From sequence record PZ151149.1: DNA of 64,000 bases; one strand, written 5' to 3'. The first letter of the stretch is position 1. Each line of letters begins with the position of its first letter. Of this stretch, positions 55,290 through 64,000 are shown one piece after another. The DNA is from a phage. A program made the position numbers and the translations under genes. Below the pieces are notes generated by a model. It had not been told where the DNA came from and ran no database searches. It worked only from the letters and a program-made list of their open reading frames with translations.

Positions 55290-57190
55290 CAAAGCAAAAG
55301 ATTACACAAATTCCTGATATTTTTAATGCTGCTACATTCGATGAAATTAAAAGCGCATTAACAGACTGGATGAGAAACCAGGAAGAATTTAAAGATTTTG
55401 ATTTTAATGGTGCTGGTATTAACGTATTGATGGACTTGCTCGCATATAACACTCTGTATATTCAGCAATTCGCTAACGCCGCGCTATATGAATCTTTTAT
55501 CAGAACGGCAATTAAGCGTAGTTCAGTTGTTCAAGCCGCGCAAGATTTAGGATATTTGCCAGCGAGTAAAACTAGTGCATCAACTACTATTATGTTGCAC
55601 GTATCACATCCACGAAATCCGGCAAGTATTCGAATCCCACGAGGAACTAAATTTATTGCAAGTGTGGATCGCCAGACGTCTTACCCGTTTGTGACTACAG
55701 AAGACGTCGTGAGTGTTTTAGGTTCAAATGGTTTATATACGCCTATGCTTAAAGTCGCACAAGGTCGTATTGTTCGTACAGAAATGTTATTTGATCCGAA
55801 GAAACAAATTCTGATCCGCGATCCTGATATTGACCGCGCTCAGGTTAAGTTGTGGGTAGACGGTGCTGAATGGAAAGACTGGACACGAGAAAGTATTGTT
55901 AATGCAACTGGTGCAAGCAATATTTTCTATATGCGTGAAACCGTAGACGGTCATACAGAAATCTTCTTTGGTGAAGGTGAATCAACTTTATCTGCTGCTG
56001 GCGGTGCACTGGAAGCAAATTATATTGGTGGACTTAAGCCGTCAACTGGTGCTAATATTGTTATCGAATATATCAGCACTAAAGGCGCGGAAGCAAACGG
56101 TTCAGTTAATTTCACATACGCGGATACCCTTGCATCTATCTCTATTGTTACAATTATTGAGAATCCGACAAATGACCGTGATTATGTCGGTGCAGATGGT
56201 GGCGGTGATCCTGAATCAATCGAACGTATCCGTGAACTTGCTCCGGTAATGCGTGAATCTCAGCGTCGTTGTGTTACTGCTTCCGACTATGAGGCTTTTG
56301 TGTCTAGCCGTTTTGGTAGTATTGTTCAGGCGGTACAATGTTTCACCGACCGAGAAAAACCGGGTTATGCTTTTGTTGCTGTTAAGCCGAAATCTGGCTT
56401 GCGCTTGACAACTGTTCAAAAAGAAGATATGCGTGATTATCTGGCAAAATATAACCTTGCCCCTATCACACCGAGCATCATTGACCCCAGCTATCTGTAT
56501 ATTAAACAGAATATTAAAGTTTCCTATTCGATCAATGACTTATCAGAATCAGAGCAGTGGTTGCGCGGTGCGGTTATTGATCAGATTGACGCATATTATA
56601 CCGACGAAGTGGAAATTTTTAACCAGACCTTTAGTAAGTCTAAAATGCTTGCGCGTATTGACAAAGCTGATGTATCGGTGATAGGTTCTAGTGCAGAGAT
56701 CGAGATGGTGCGAGAGATCGACAACTTCTATAAAGCGCCTATGGCTGGAATCAAGTTTTTAAACCAGTATAAGAGCGGAATCAAGTCTAGTTCATTCAAC
56801 TTCGAAAAGGACGACAAGCAATATCCGATCCATTATGTAAGTACAGAAATGAACAAAGAATCCGGTTTAGCTAAATTGCTGGTTGGACCTTTCCCTGTTG
56901 GTTCTGTAATCGCTTTACCGCACTATTCCGGCACTGATTTTGATAAAGAGGTTATCGACGGTGCGGACCTATACTTTGAGGTTGGAGAGGTTCAGCATTA
57001 TGAAGACCTTATTTCATGGGATCTGGGTAAACTGAATATCAATAGCGATCGCTTTACTGGTTCATATATTGAGTTGACAGCTAAACCGATTGCTGATAAC
57101 ATCTTTACTAAAGACGGTTCTTTGATCGTGTTTGAAAACGATCTCCGTCCTCAGTACACAACTATTAGTCTGGAGGCAATTGCTCAATGA
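55286..57190 (+). CDS. 6: Baseplate wedge protein gp6
   Basis: 634 aa; N-terminal similarity to T4 gp6 ([36 protein letters not shown]). Confidence 0.9.
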   Translation: MTKQKITQIPDIFNAATFDEIKSALTDWMRNQEEFKDFDFNGAGINVLMDLLAYNTLYIQQFANAALYESFIRTAIKRSSVVQAAQDLGYLPASKTSASTTIMLHVSHPRNPASIRIPRGTKFIASVDRQTSYPFVTTEDVVSVLGSNGLYTPMLKVAQGRIVRTEMLFDPKKQILIRDPDIDRAQVKLWVDGAEWKDWTRESIVNATGASNIFYMRETVDGHTEIFFGEGESTLSAAGGALEANYIGGLKPSTGANIVIEYISTKGAEANGSVNFTYADTLASISIVTIIENPTNDRDYVGADGGGDPESIERIRELAPVMRESQRRCVTASDYEAFVSSRFGSIVQAVQCFTDREKPGYAFVAVKPKSGLRLTTVQKEDMRDYLAKYNLAPITPSIIDPSYLYIKQNIKVSYSINDLSESEQWLRGAVIDQIDAYYTDEVEIFNQTFSKSKMLARIDKADVSVIGSSAEIEMVREIDNFYKAPMAGIKFLNQYKSGIKSSSFNFEKDDKQYPIHYVSTEMNKESGLAKLLVGPFPVGSVIALPHYSGTDFDKEVIDGADLYFEVGEVQHYEDLISWDLGKLNINSDRFTGSYIELTAKPIADNIFTKDGSLIVFENDLRPQYTTISLEAIAQ

Positions 57191-60100
57191 TTAAAGCGCC
57201 TAGTGTAACTAGCTTGACAATAGAAAAATTGTCTGCTAATCAGGCGTATATCACATGGGATGACGTAGGTGAAAACTTCTTTTATTTTGTGGAGTTAGCC
57301 GAAACCAGAACACGAGACGGGGAGATCATCCCCGTCGATGAGTTAAGCTGGGTAAACCTGGGATATACTGCCGAACAAAACTGGTTTGAGGATAAAAACC
57401 TTTTTCCAGAATATTATTACAAGTTTCGTGTAGCAGTAGCCGCAGAAGGATTTGAACAAAGTAAATGGGTTGAGACAGAAGAGTTTCAGACATTTAAAAC
57501 AAACGCATATAATTTTTCTATGATGCGAGAGTTCAACCTTGCAAACGAGTTTATAAAGGAAAAATTTACATACGATAATCGAGAGTATGTCAAGTTTAAT
57601 ACCGACCTTATTCAAGCATCATTGATGAAGGAAGATTTTGTCTTTAGTCCTGAATATGCAAACATGACAAATATCTCAAACTACATTGTAGTTGATGAGA
57701 ACTTTCATGAAATACAGGACCACATAGAAAAAGTTTGTACCGATATAAACCGCACCATGTTAGCGGAAATGAACGGTGTTTTGTACCTTTTCGAAAGGTT
57801 TCAGCCGATCGTGAAAGTATCAAACGATAAAGGTCAATCATGGAAAGCATACAAGGCTTTTAATGACCGTGTAGGCAATCCGGTTTCCAGTACATGCGTT
57901 TATCAGTCTAAGACTACTACTTACGTTTTAGGTTATGACCGAATCTTTTACGGACGACAAGCGAGCGATACCCGATGGAGTGCGGACGATGTTCGATTTA
58001 GTGATGATACGATCACTTTTGCAAAGGTTGGTGACGAAAACGACTTAGGGTTTGATGTTGAGGTCTTTGGTGTATTTTCCAGATTAACAGGTGATACCAC
58101 AAAATACGCCGAAGCTATGGCGTGTAGTGACGATTATTTGTGGGTTGGTGCTAAAGATGTTATTCGCCGGATTCGTCTTAAGAATACTCCTGTTGATACC
58201 GTACAGGGTTCGCCTACGTTTGGAGAAAAAATATTCGATCCTGATGTTATCCGAGTAACAGGAAATGATAAAGCTGTCATTCAGAAAATGGATGTGATCG
58301 ACGGTAAATTGCTTGTATTTGTTACTGGTGAAGTTAAACAGCGTTATCAAGATCCAACTAAACCAGAAAACGTTGTTCCGTCAGATGATGCGGGTGTATA
58401 CTTAATCGAGAGTGATGGTCTGTCTTTTCAGAGAGTATTTGGCAACACTCCGCAGGAAAGGGAATATATTCAGCATGGGTTCAGTAATATGTCAACCAAT
58501 GGTGATGAGGTGTTCATAAGCCATTATAATCATCACTTCGAAAGCATTTTACCTGATCCAGAAACTGCCGCGAAATATGAATTAAGCGAAGCTGTAAAAT
58601 ATTCTCAGGAGCCAACTTATCTAACTGATAAGAAAATACATCAAACTACTTTCAGGGCAAGTTATGATGATTTGCGTATCTGGGAGTTAGGACCGCAAGC
58701 GTATTATAATGAGGCCGATTATACATGGATGCGTCGAAACGGTGTCCGTGTGTGGATCACAAATGATAATCGCCCGTTGGTTGTTTATCCAGAGGTTATC
58801 TATACTCAAGAAGTTGATACGTCTGGCATTCTTGACCAAAATAGGGTTAACCGAGAAGTTTATGATAAAGGGACCGTGACCTGTTATCTGAACAATGTTA
58901 AATTTGAAGGATTCAAACAATATGCATCCGGCGTAATGTTCCATAAAAACACGGGAGAGATCATAGGATTCTATCAATTTAATTACCGTGTTCGTGATCA
59001 AGTTGGTGTATATTGGAAGCCAACAAATGTAGCATTTGTTGCAGAACTGCAAAATCAGGTTCGGGAGGTTCCCTGGGTTCCGGTTCACTACGATCAAGAG
59101 CAAGTTCCAGATTTACGGCCTTTATTGAATAAAATGACGCCGGACAGCTTTTTGCTTGAAAATGAAAATTTCAGAAAATTCTCTGAATATTATCTGCAAT
59201 TCTTAAGTGATGGTTCAGGAACATATTATAATAAACTAAAAAATCTGATTAAAAACAAATACCCACGCGAGCAAGATGCATATGAGTATCTTTGGTCAGA
59301 GATGAACAAACGAAACATCTATGCAGATAAAAACAAGCGAGATGCGGTAGTAAGATTCTTTGAATCCCGCAAATCAGATTTTTATTCCACTAAGGGCGTG
59401 GAGGCTTCTTATAAGTTCTTGTTTAAGTTACTTTATAATGAAGATGTGGAAATTGAGGTTGAATCACAAGCCGGACTAGAGTATGATATTGTTGTTAGTT
59501 CAACGAACATTGACGAGGATATCGTAGGTCGCACTATTTATACTCCAACCGGACGGGCTAACGTGACGTATCTTGAAAGGGAATATGAAGGTGGTCGCCT
59601 ACGCTGGCGAGTAACCATTCATAACCTGATCGGGCGGTTTGAAGAAGGTCAAGTGATCAAATCAGAGAAAACAGCGTTTGAGGGGATGATCCTTGTTGGT
59701 GTACGTGGTAAAGAGTTGTTGAGTAGTTCAATCGACTATATCAACCGCTCACGAAGCCAATACACCATGAAGATTAAAAGTGCATTGCCAGTTTCTCGCT
59801 ATGCAAATGATGTAATGCGATTCGTTCATCCTGTCGGCTTTGGGTTTATCGGTGTTACCCTGCTTACGATGTTCATTAACAGCGGGTTAAGCATGAAACA
59901 CACAGAGACGATAATTCAATCTCTAAAAAATTATAAGTTTGACAGCGGATTGCCTAGCGTGTATCCTGATCGGGTGGCAGACCTTGACGTTGACGGAAAC
60001 ATTAAGAAAGACCCGCTTACCGGAAAAGCATTATATTTGACTTCACCTTTAATTGGTGAAGAATTTCCGGTTCCCCCTGAATATGATCAGGAGAACAGCG

Positions 60101-60273
60101 AATTGTTCCACGGACTTAAAGCAAGCGAACGAAGATTTGCAATGAGTCCACTGTTTGACCAGTCGGCGGTAACATTCTCTATGTTCCGTGAACTTGTAGA
60201 TAAACGGTTGAAGGATAATATAGGGAATCCACGCGATCCGAAGAATCCGACACAGAGGAAAATTAATGGCTAA
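57187..60273 (+). CDS. 7: Baseplate wedge protein gp7
   Basis: 1028 aa; size and position match T4 gp7. Confidence 0.8.
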   Translation: MIKAPSVTSLTIEKLSANQAYITWDDVGENFFYFVELAETRTRDGEIIPVDELSWVNLGYTAEQNWFEDKNLFPEYYYKFRVAVAAEGFEQSKWVETEEFQTFKTNAYNFSMMREFNLANEFIKEKFTYDNREYVKFNTDLIQASLMKEDFVFSPEYANMTNISNYIVVDENFHEIQDHIEKVCTDINRTMLAEMNGVLYLFERFQPIVKVSNDKGQSWKAYKAFNDRVGNPVSSTCVYQSKTTTYVLGYDRIFYGRQASDTRWSADDVRFSDDTITFAKVGDENDLGFDVEVFGVFSRLTGDTTKYAEAMACSDDYLWVGAKDVIRRIRLKNTPVDTVQGSPTFGEKIFDPDVIRVTGNDKAVIQKMDVIDGKLLVFVTGEVKQRYQDPTKPENVVPSDDAGVYLIESDGLSFQRVFGNTPQEREYIQHGFSNMSTNGDEVFISHYNHHFESILPDPETAAKYELSEAVKYSQEPTYLTDKKIHQTTFRASYDDLRIWELGPQAYYNEADYTWMRRNGVRVWITNDNRPLVVYPEVIYTQEVDTSGILDQNRVNREVYDKGTVTCYLNNVKFEGFKQYASGVMFHKNTGEIIGFYQFNYRVRDQVGVYWKPTNVAFVAELQNQVREVPWVPVHYDQEQVPDLRPLLNKMTPDSFLLENENFRKFSEYYLQFLSDGSGTYYNKLKNLIKNKYPREQDAYEYLWSEMNKRNIYADKNKRDAVVRFFESRKSDFYSTKGVEASYKFLFKLLYNEDVEIEVESQAGLEYDIVVSSTNIDEDIVGRTIYTPTGRANVTYLEREYEGGRLRWRVTIHNLIGRFEEGQVIKSEKTAFEGMILVGVRGKELLSSSIDYINRSRSQYTMKIKSALPVSRYANDVMRFVHPVGFGFIGVTLLTMFINSGLSMKHTETIIQSLKNYKFDSGLPSVYPDRVADLDVDGNIKKDPLTGKALYLTSPLIGEEFPVPPEYDQENSELFHGLKASERRFAMSPLFDQSAVTFSMFRELVDKRLKDNIGNPRDPKNPTQRKING

Positions 60274-61261
60274 TGAAAATAGTGTGATCTATCGCTCAAT
60301 CATTACTAGTAAATTCAGAACGGAAAAACTTCTGAATTTCTATAATTCTGTAGGCGATGGAGCAAATCAAATTACAATTTATGGAACGTTTGGACGTTCG
60401 GAGCCGTGGTCAGAAAACGAAAAAGAGGTGGGCTTTGCCCCACCTTATCCGACCGATTCAACGGCTGGCGTTGTTGATATGTGGACCCATATGATGGGTG
60501 CGGTTAAGATTAACAAATCACTTCTTGATGCGGTCATCCCCCGTAAAGATTGGGGTGATACCGGACAGGATAACCCGCGCACGTTCTTTATCAATGACAT
60601 TGTTGTTGTAAACTCAGCACCATATAACCGTACAGATGTTGGTAGCGGCTGGATGGTGTATCGCGTAACCGATGTTCCTGATCGCGGTTACTGCTCGATT
60701 TCAAGCATTGATGCTAAAGTAGAGTGTTTGAAGTTGGGCGGAAAGTGGACCCCAACTCATGAATCAATTGCGCCACCTGTAGGAAAGGGCGATTCTATTG
60801 ATATGGGTGATGGGTATCGTTGGGAATATCTGTACACAATTCCACCTGATGCGGCGATCAACCGTTGCACCAATGAACATATTGTTGTACCGTTCCCCGA
60901 TGAACTGCGACAAGATCCGGCGCGTTGGGGCTATGACAATGTGATCACCTGGTATAATGACTATAATCTGCTTTATCGGCTGAAAGTAGTAACTTTGCGT
61001 TTTCAGGCTTATATGGACTCTGCGCAATTCCCAACTACCGCGTTAGTGGGTAATACTGGTTTCCGTCAGTTAAGCATTATCCTTAACCCATTGGAAAAGA
61101 AAGCACGCCCTAGCGATCCAGACGTTAAAGCGGTTAACGATAAGTACCGACCGCAAGACTTAGAGCCACACTCAGGAGAAATGATCTACATGGAAAACCG
61201 ACAACCTATCGTTCGTTCACTGGATCAAACAGAACTTGTTTCTGTATTATTTGAGTTCTAA
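60266..61261 (+). CDS. 8: Baseplate wedge protein gp8
   Basis: High identity to T4 gp8 (SVIYR.I.TSKFRTEK.LNFYNS, GDGY.WEYL, GEMIYMENR). Confidence 0.9.
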   Translation: MANENSVIYRSIITSKFRTEKLLNFYNSVGDGANQITIYGTFGRSEPWSENEKEVGFAPPYPTDSTAGVVDMWTHMMGAVKINKSLLDAVIPRKDWGDTGQDNPRTFFINDIVVVNSAPYNRTDVGSGWMVYRVTDVPDRGYCSISSIDAKVECLKLGGKWTPTHESIAPPVGKGDSIDMGDGYRWEYLYTIPPDAAINRCTNEHIVVPFPDELRQDPARWGYDNVITWYNDYNLLYRLKVVTLRFQAYMDSAQFPTTALVGNTGFRQLSIILNPLEKKARPSDPDVKAVNDKYRPQDLEPHSGEMIYMENRQPIVRSLDQTELVSVLFEF

Positions 61262-61274
61262 GTATATGATTTTA

Positions 61275-61307
61275 AAGCCAATTCGTGAGAATTGGCTTTT
61301 TCTATTT
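61275..61307 (+). terminator. Rho-independent terminator after gene 8
   Basis: Hairpin AAGCCAAUUC-GUGA-GAAUUGGCUU followed by UUUUCUAUUUUG. Confidence 0.6.
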
Positions 61308-61313
61308 TGGGTG

Positions 61314-61341
61314 TTGACAATCTTGTCTGGTGAGGTATAAT
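61314..61341 (+). promoter_or_regulatory. Consensus sigma70 promoter (TTGACA-16-TATAAT) inside the late baseplate cluster
   Basis: Exact -35 and -10 on plus strand about 30 nt upstream of ATG 61371. Confidence 0.55.
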
Positions 61342-61370
61342 GCTCACATCTAAACAACGGAGGATAAATT

Positions 61371-61628
61371 ATGGCACGTCGTAAATTTACAGATAATTGT
61401 GAAGCAATTCAGGTATCCCCTTGCGGTTGGGATGTGATTGCGAACGGTGAAAAGATCGGAGAGATCATCGATCATACTCATTCATCATTAGCTGATTACA
61501 CCGATGAACTGTGGGAAGGTATCAACTTCATGAATGACACTAAGCGATTCAAGACTATTGACGAAGCTATCTATTTTGTATACAATCCAACTTTCGGTAT
61601 GTGGAGTGATAGAAAATGGCACGCGTAA
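61371..61628 (+). CDS. hypothetical protein (cassette gene 1)
   Basis: 85 aa; GGAGGA SD; starts MAR like the next two genes. Confidence 0.5.
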   Translation: MARRKFTDNCEAIQVSPCGWDVIANGEKIGEIIDHTHSSLADYTDELWEGINFMNDTKRFKTIDEAIYFVYNPTFGMWSDRKWHA

Positions 61629-61948
61629 ATATTAAATTGCATTACACAATGAATAAAGCTAAGTTCCCAATGCAAAAGCATTACTATGGTCTACGTGCAC
61701 AAGATCCTAAACTCTATGGTACTCATTGGTTTTGTAAACATGATAACCAATGGCACACATACGAAGAAATGCACGAGATGATGAAACAGGGTATTGAATT
61801 TAGTTATTCTAATTATGACCATCGTATAACTTGCATTCGAAAATTGAAACGATGGATTCGTAAGAATCCGCAATTTAAAAACTATGTGTTCTTTATGTCT
61901 CATACTTATCTGGGGCATAGCGTTACCGTAACAGCAAAGGTTAAATAA
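61616..61948 (+). CDS. hypothetical protein (cassette gene 2)
   Basis: 110 aa; overlapping start/stop. Confidence 0.5.
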   Translation: MARVNIKLHYTMNKAKFPMQKHYYGLRAQDPKLYGTHWFCKHDNQWHTYEEMHEMMKQGIEFSYSNYDHRITCIRKLKRWIRKNPQFKNYVFFMSHTYLGHSVTVTAKVK

Positions 61949-62787
61949 TGGCACGACTTTCTAAACAAGAACAAAAATTACACGACCGAGCAATGGAGTT
62001 GATTAATTCAGATCGTCCATTGACATTTGAAGAAAAAGAATTTTGCTATAATAACTATCATGGCGATGGGCTAGGTGGTTCCGGTGCATTCTTTACCCCA
62101 GAATGGCTTGCCTGGGATTTTACCATTGACGCACACTGCACAGGAAAAGTATTGGACCTTTGTGCTGGGATCGGTCGTTTATCTTTTTGTATGTTGCATC
62201 GTTGTAAGCCAGAAAAGATCGTATGCGTCGAACTCAATCCAGAATTTGCGCGGATTGGCAAGCGACTATTACCGGAGGCAGAATGGATCACCAGCGATGT
62301 ATTCGAATTTGAGTCAAACGAGAAATTCGATGTTGTAATTAGCAATCCACCTTTCGGGAAAATCAATACTACCAACACAAAGGATGTATTTGAATATACT
62401 GGCGGTGAGTTTGAATTTAAGGTTATGACGTTAGGCCAGAAGTTTGCCGATGTAGGTTACTTTATTGTTCCTTCTAGTTCCGCTGGTTTTGCCTATTCCG
62501 GCAGACCTTATTATGATGAATCAGTGAAGTCTAATAAATATCTAAAATGGAGCAAACAAACTGGTTTGGTGACTTATGCCGGATGTGGGATCGATACATC
62601 AGTCTATCGCGATGAATGGCATAATACCAACGTTTTAACAGAAGTGGTTGAGGTTCGGTATTACGAGAAAGAAGCCGTAGAAGCGCCTAAATCGCGTCCT
62701 AACGAACAAATAGAAGAAAGTAAGGAGATTACCTTACCGAAACAGGAAAGCGAGTCTGGGACGCTCTCAGATTTGTTTGACATTTAA
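61948..62787 (+). CDS. Putative N6-adenine (amino) DNA methyltransferase, gamma-class motif order
   Basis: FFTPEW then SAM-binding VLDLCAGIGRL then catalytic VISNPPFGK (motif order X-I-IV as in TaqI-like MTases). Confidence 0.6.
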   Translation: MARLSKQEQKLHDRAMELINSDRPLTFEEKEFCYNNYHGDGLGGSGAFFTPEWLAWDFTIDAHCTGKVLDLCAGIGRLSFCMLHRCKPEKIVCVELNPEFARIGKRLLPEAEWITSDVFEFESNEKFDVVISNPPFGKINTTNTKDVFEYTGGEFEFKVMTLGQKFADVGYFIVPSSSAGFAYSGRPYYDESVKSNKYLKWSKQTGLVTYAGCGIDTSVYRDEWHNTNVLTEVVEVRYYEKEAVEAPKSRPNEQIEESKEITLPKQESESGTLSDLFDI

Positions 62788-62792
62788 TTATA

Positions 62793-62818
62793 AGCCGTCC
62801 TTGTGGGCGGCTTTTTTG
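62793..62818 (+). terminator. Rho-independent terminator after methyltransferase cassette
   Basis: Hairpin GCCGUCC-UUGU-GGGCGGC + UUUUUUG. Confidence 0.55.
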
Positions 62819-62827
62819 TATGTATTT

Positions 62828-62835
62828 TATAAATA
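62828..62835 (+). promoter_or_regulatory. T4-type late promoter box TATAAATA upstream of gene 9
   Basis: Exact TATAAATA about 28 nt upstream of the gene 9 ATG. Confidence 0.5.
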
Positions 62836-62862
62836 ATACATCATAACATGAGGAATTAAACA

Positions 62863-63717
62863 ATGGCACAAGTTCCAAAGAAAAGAATAGACACAGGTAC
62901 GGTCGGCAATCCATCGACTGGCGATATCTTATATGATGGCGGTAATAAAATTAACGATAACTTTGATTCAATATATGACGCATTTGCTGATCAACGGTTT
63001 AAAGACGTAGACCACGGCGTAGGAAGAATGGTTATTCATGCAACCGGATACTATCAGAAGCATCCACGTCAAAGCTACTCGGGTTCCGCTGTTGAGATTG
63101 GGAGTCTACACGATATCGATACAACTCAAGGCGCACTTATTGCTATTCTACCTAAAGCAAAGGTCGGAGAGGGTGTTGTATTCATAAATAGTAACGGTAG
63201 CCTTTCAACGACGACACCGCTCAATATTCGAACTCAAGCAGGTGATTCTATTAGCGGTTATTCCGGTGATGCTACAATAACACAACCATTTTCAAAAGTC
63301 ACTGTTTGGTGTACTGCCGTTGAAGGTAGTCGCGTAACATGGCGATTGGGTATCGAAAGTATGTTTACCGATACAACAACGCCAGTAGATAAAACTGTTA
63401 ACGTAACTGGAGTAGCAACAAACGTTGCTATTGCCGCAAAAACAGAATATGTTTCCATCAAATTATTAACTACCGCTAGCAATACATCCGGTTCAAAAAT
63501 GCGTTCAAGTGAAACGCTACTGATGATTGATTCTAAAGCCGGAAAAGTTTATGCGACGGAATATGCAGTTTTGCAGAAGACAGAAGATGAACTATACACG
63601 GTTCGTTATTTCATCGGTTCCGGCGATAAAGTATATGCAGAGTATAAGGCTACTGGCGAAAATATTCGTTTAGCAGTTAAAGCCGTAGACACTATTAAAA
63701 TCGGGGTTGCTACATGA
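62863..63717 (+). CDS. 9: Baseplate wedge / long tail fibre attachment protein gp9
   Basis: Similarity to T4 gp9 (IDTG..GN.STGDIL.DGGNKIN..F, HATGYYQKH, FINSNGS, KIGVA). Confidence 0.85.
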   Translation: MAQVPKKRIDTGTVGNPSTGDILYDGGNKINDNFDSIYDAFADQRFKDVDHGVGRMVIHATGYYQKHPRQSYSGSAVEIGSLHDIDTTQGALIAILPKAKVGEGVVFINSNGSLSTTTPLNIRTQAGDSISGYSGDATITQPFSKVTVWCTAVEGSRVTWRLGIESMFTDTTTPVDKTVNVTGVATNVAIAAKTEYVSIKLLTTASNTSGSKMRSSETLLMIDSKAGKVYATEYAVLQKTEDELYTVRYFIGSGDKVYAEYKATGENIRLAVKAVDTIKIGVAT

Positions 63718-64000
63718 AACAATTAATTAATATCGGTAACGTTGTTGATGACGGTACAGGTGATTATCTAAGAAAAGGCGGTCAAAAGATTAATGACAAC
63801 TTTTCTGAACTTTATACTAAGCTGGGGGATGGTGATATCCCTCACGCATCCGGTGCATGGAAAACGCACACAGATCCATTATTAAAGCCTAATTTTGGTG
63901 ATGCGTGGGCGATTAATACAACGAACAACGCTGTTTCTGTTGAATTGCCTAAAGGAAGCGCGAGTGATTACAATAAAACAATTAAACTTCGTGATGTTTG
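63714..64000 (+). CDS. 10: Baseplate wedge protein gp10, partial (continues beyond window end)
   Basis: MKQLINIGNVVDDGTGDYLRKGGQKINDNF nearly identical to T4 gp10 N-terminus; ATGA overlap with gene 9 stop. Confidence 0.85.
   Translation, partial: MKQLINIGNVVDDGTGDYLRKGGQKINDNFSELYTKLGDGDIPHASGAWKTHTDPLLKPNFGDAWAINTTNNAVSVELPKGSASDYNKTIKLRDV

Overview
This window is a contiguous segment of a T4-like (Tevenvirinae-type) myovirus genome. From 1 to about 52000 almost all genes are on the minus strand: uvsX (partial), DNA polymerase gene 43 interrupted by a group I intron carrying an HNH homing endonuclease, regA, clamp loader 62/44, clamp 45, rpbA, 46, 47, sigma factor 55, glutaredoxin, nrdG, nrdD, endonuclease VII (49), nrdC, dam, then a long accessory region of small ORFs (thymidine kinase, Dps-like, macro domain, secreted lytic transglycosylase, nucleotidyltransferase, GrcA-like glycyl-radical cofactor, M15 peptidase, many tiny membrane proteins), then 57B (Acb1-like), 57A, gene 1, gene 3, 2 and 4. 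From about 52000 the plus strand encodes the baseplate module 53, 5, 5.1, 5.4 (PAAR), 6, 7, 8, 9 and the start of 10, with a three-gene methyltransferase cassette inserted between 8 and 9. Gene identities come from reading the translated ORFs against remembered T4 protein sequences and motifs; no database search was run. Intergenic regions carry repeated early-promoter/stem-loop modules, hairpin terminators and T4 late-promoter boxes. The most unusual features are the intron-split polymerase gene, two tandem arrays of a single expanded domain family of unknown function (about 10 to 12 copies), several free-standing homing-endonuclease-like genes, and the methyltransferase cassette in the late region. 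No rRNA, tRNA or CRISPR array was found. The many short plus-strand ORFs antisense to these genes are treated as shadow ORFs.
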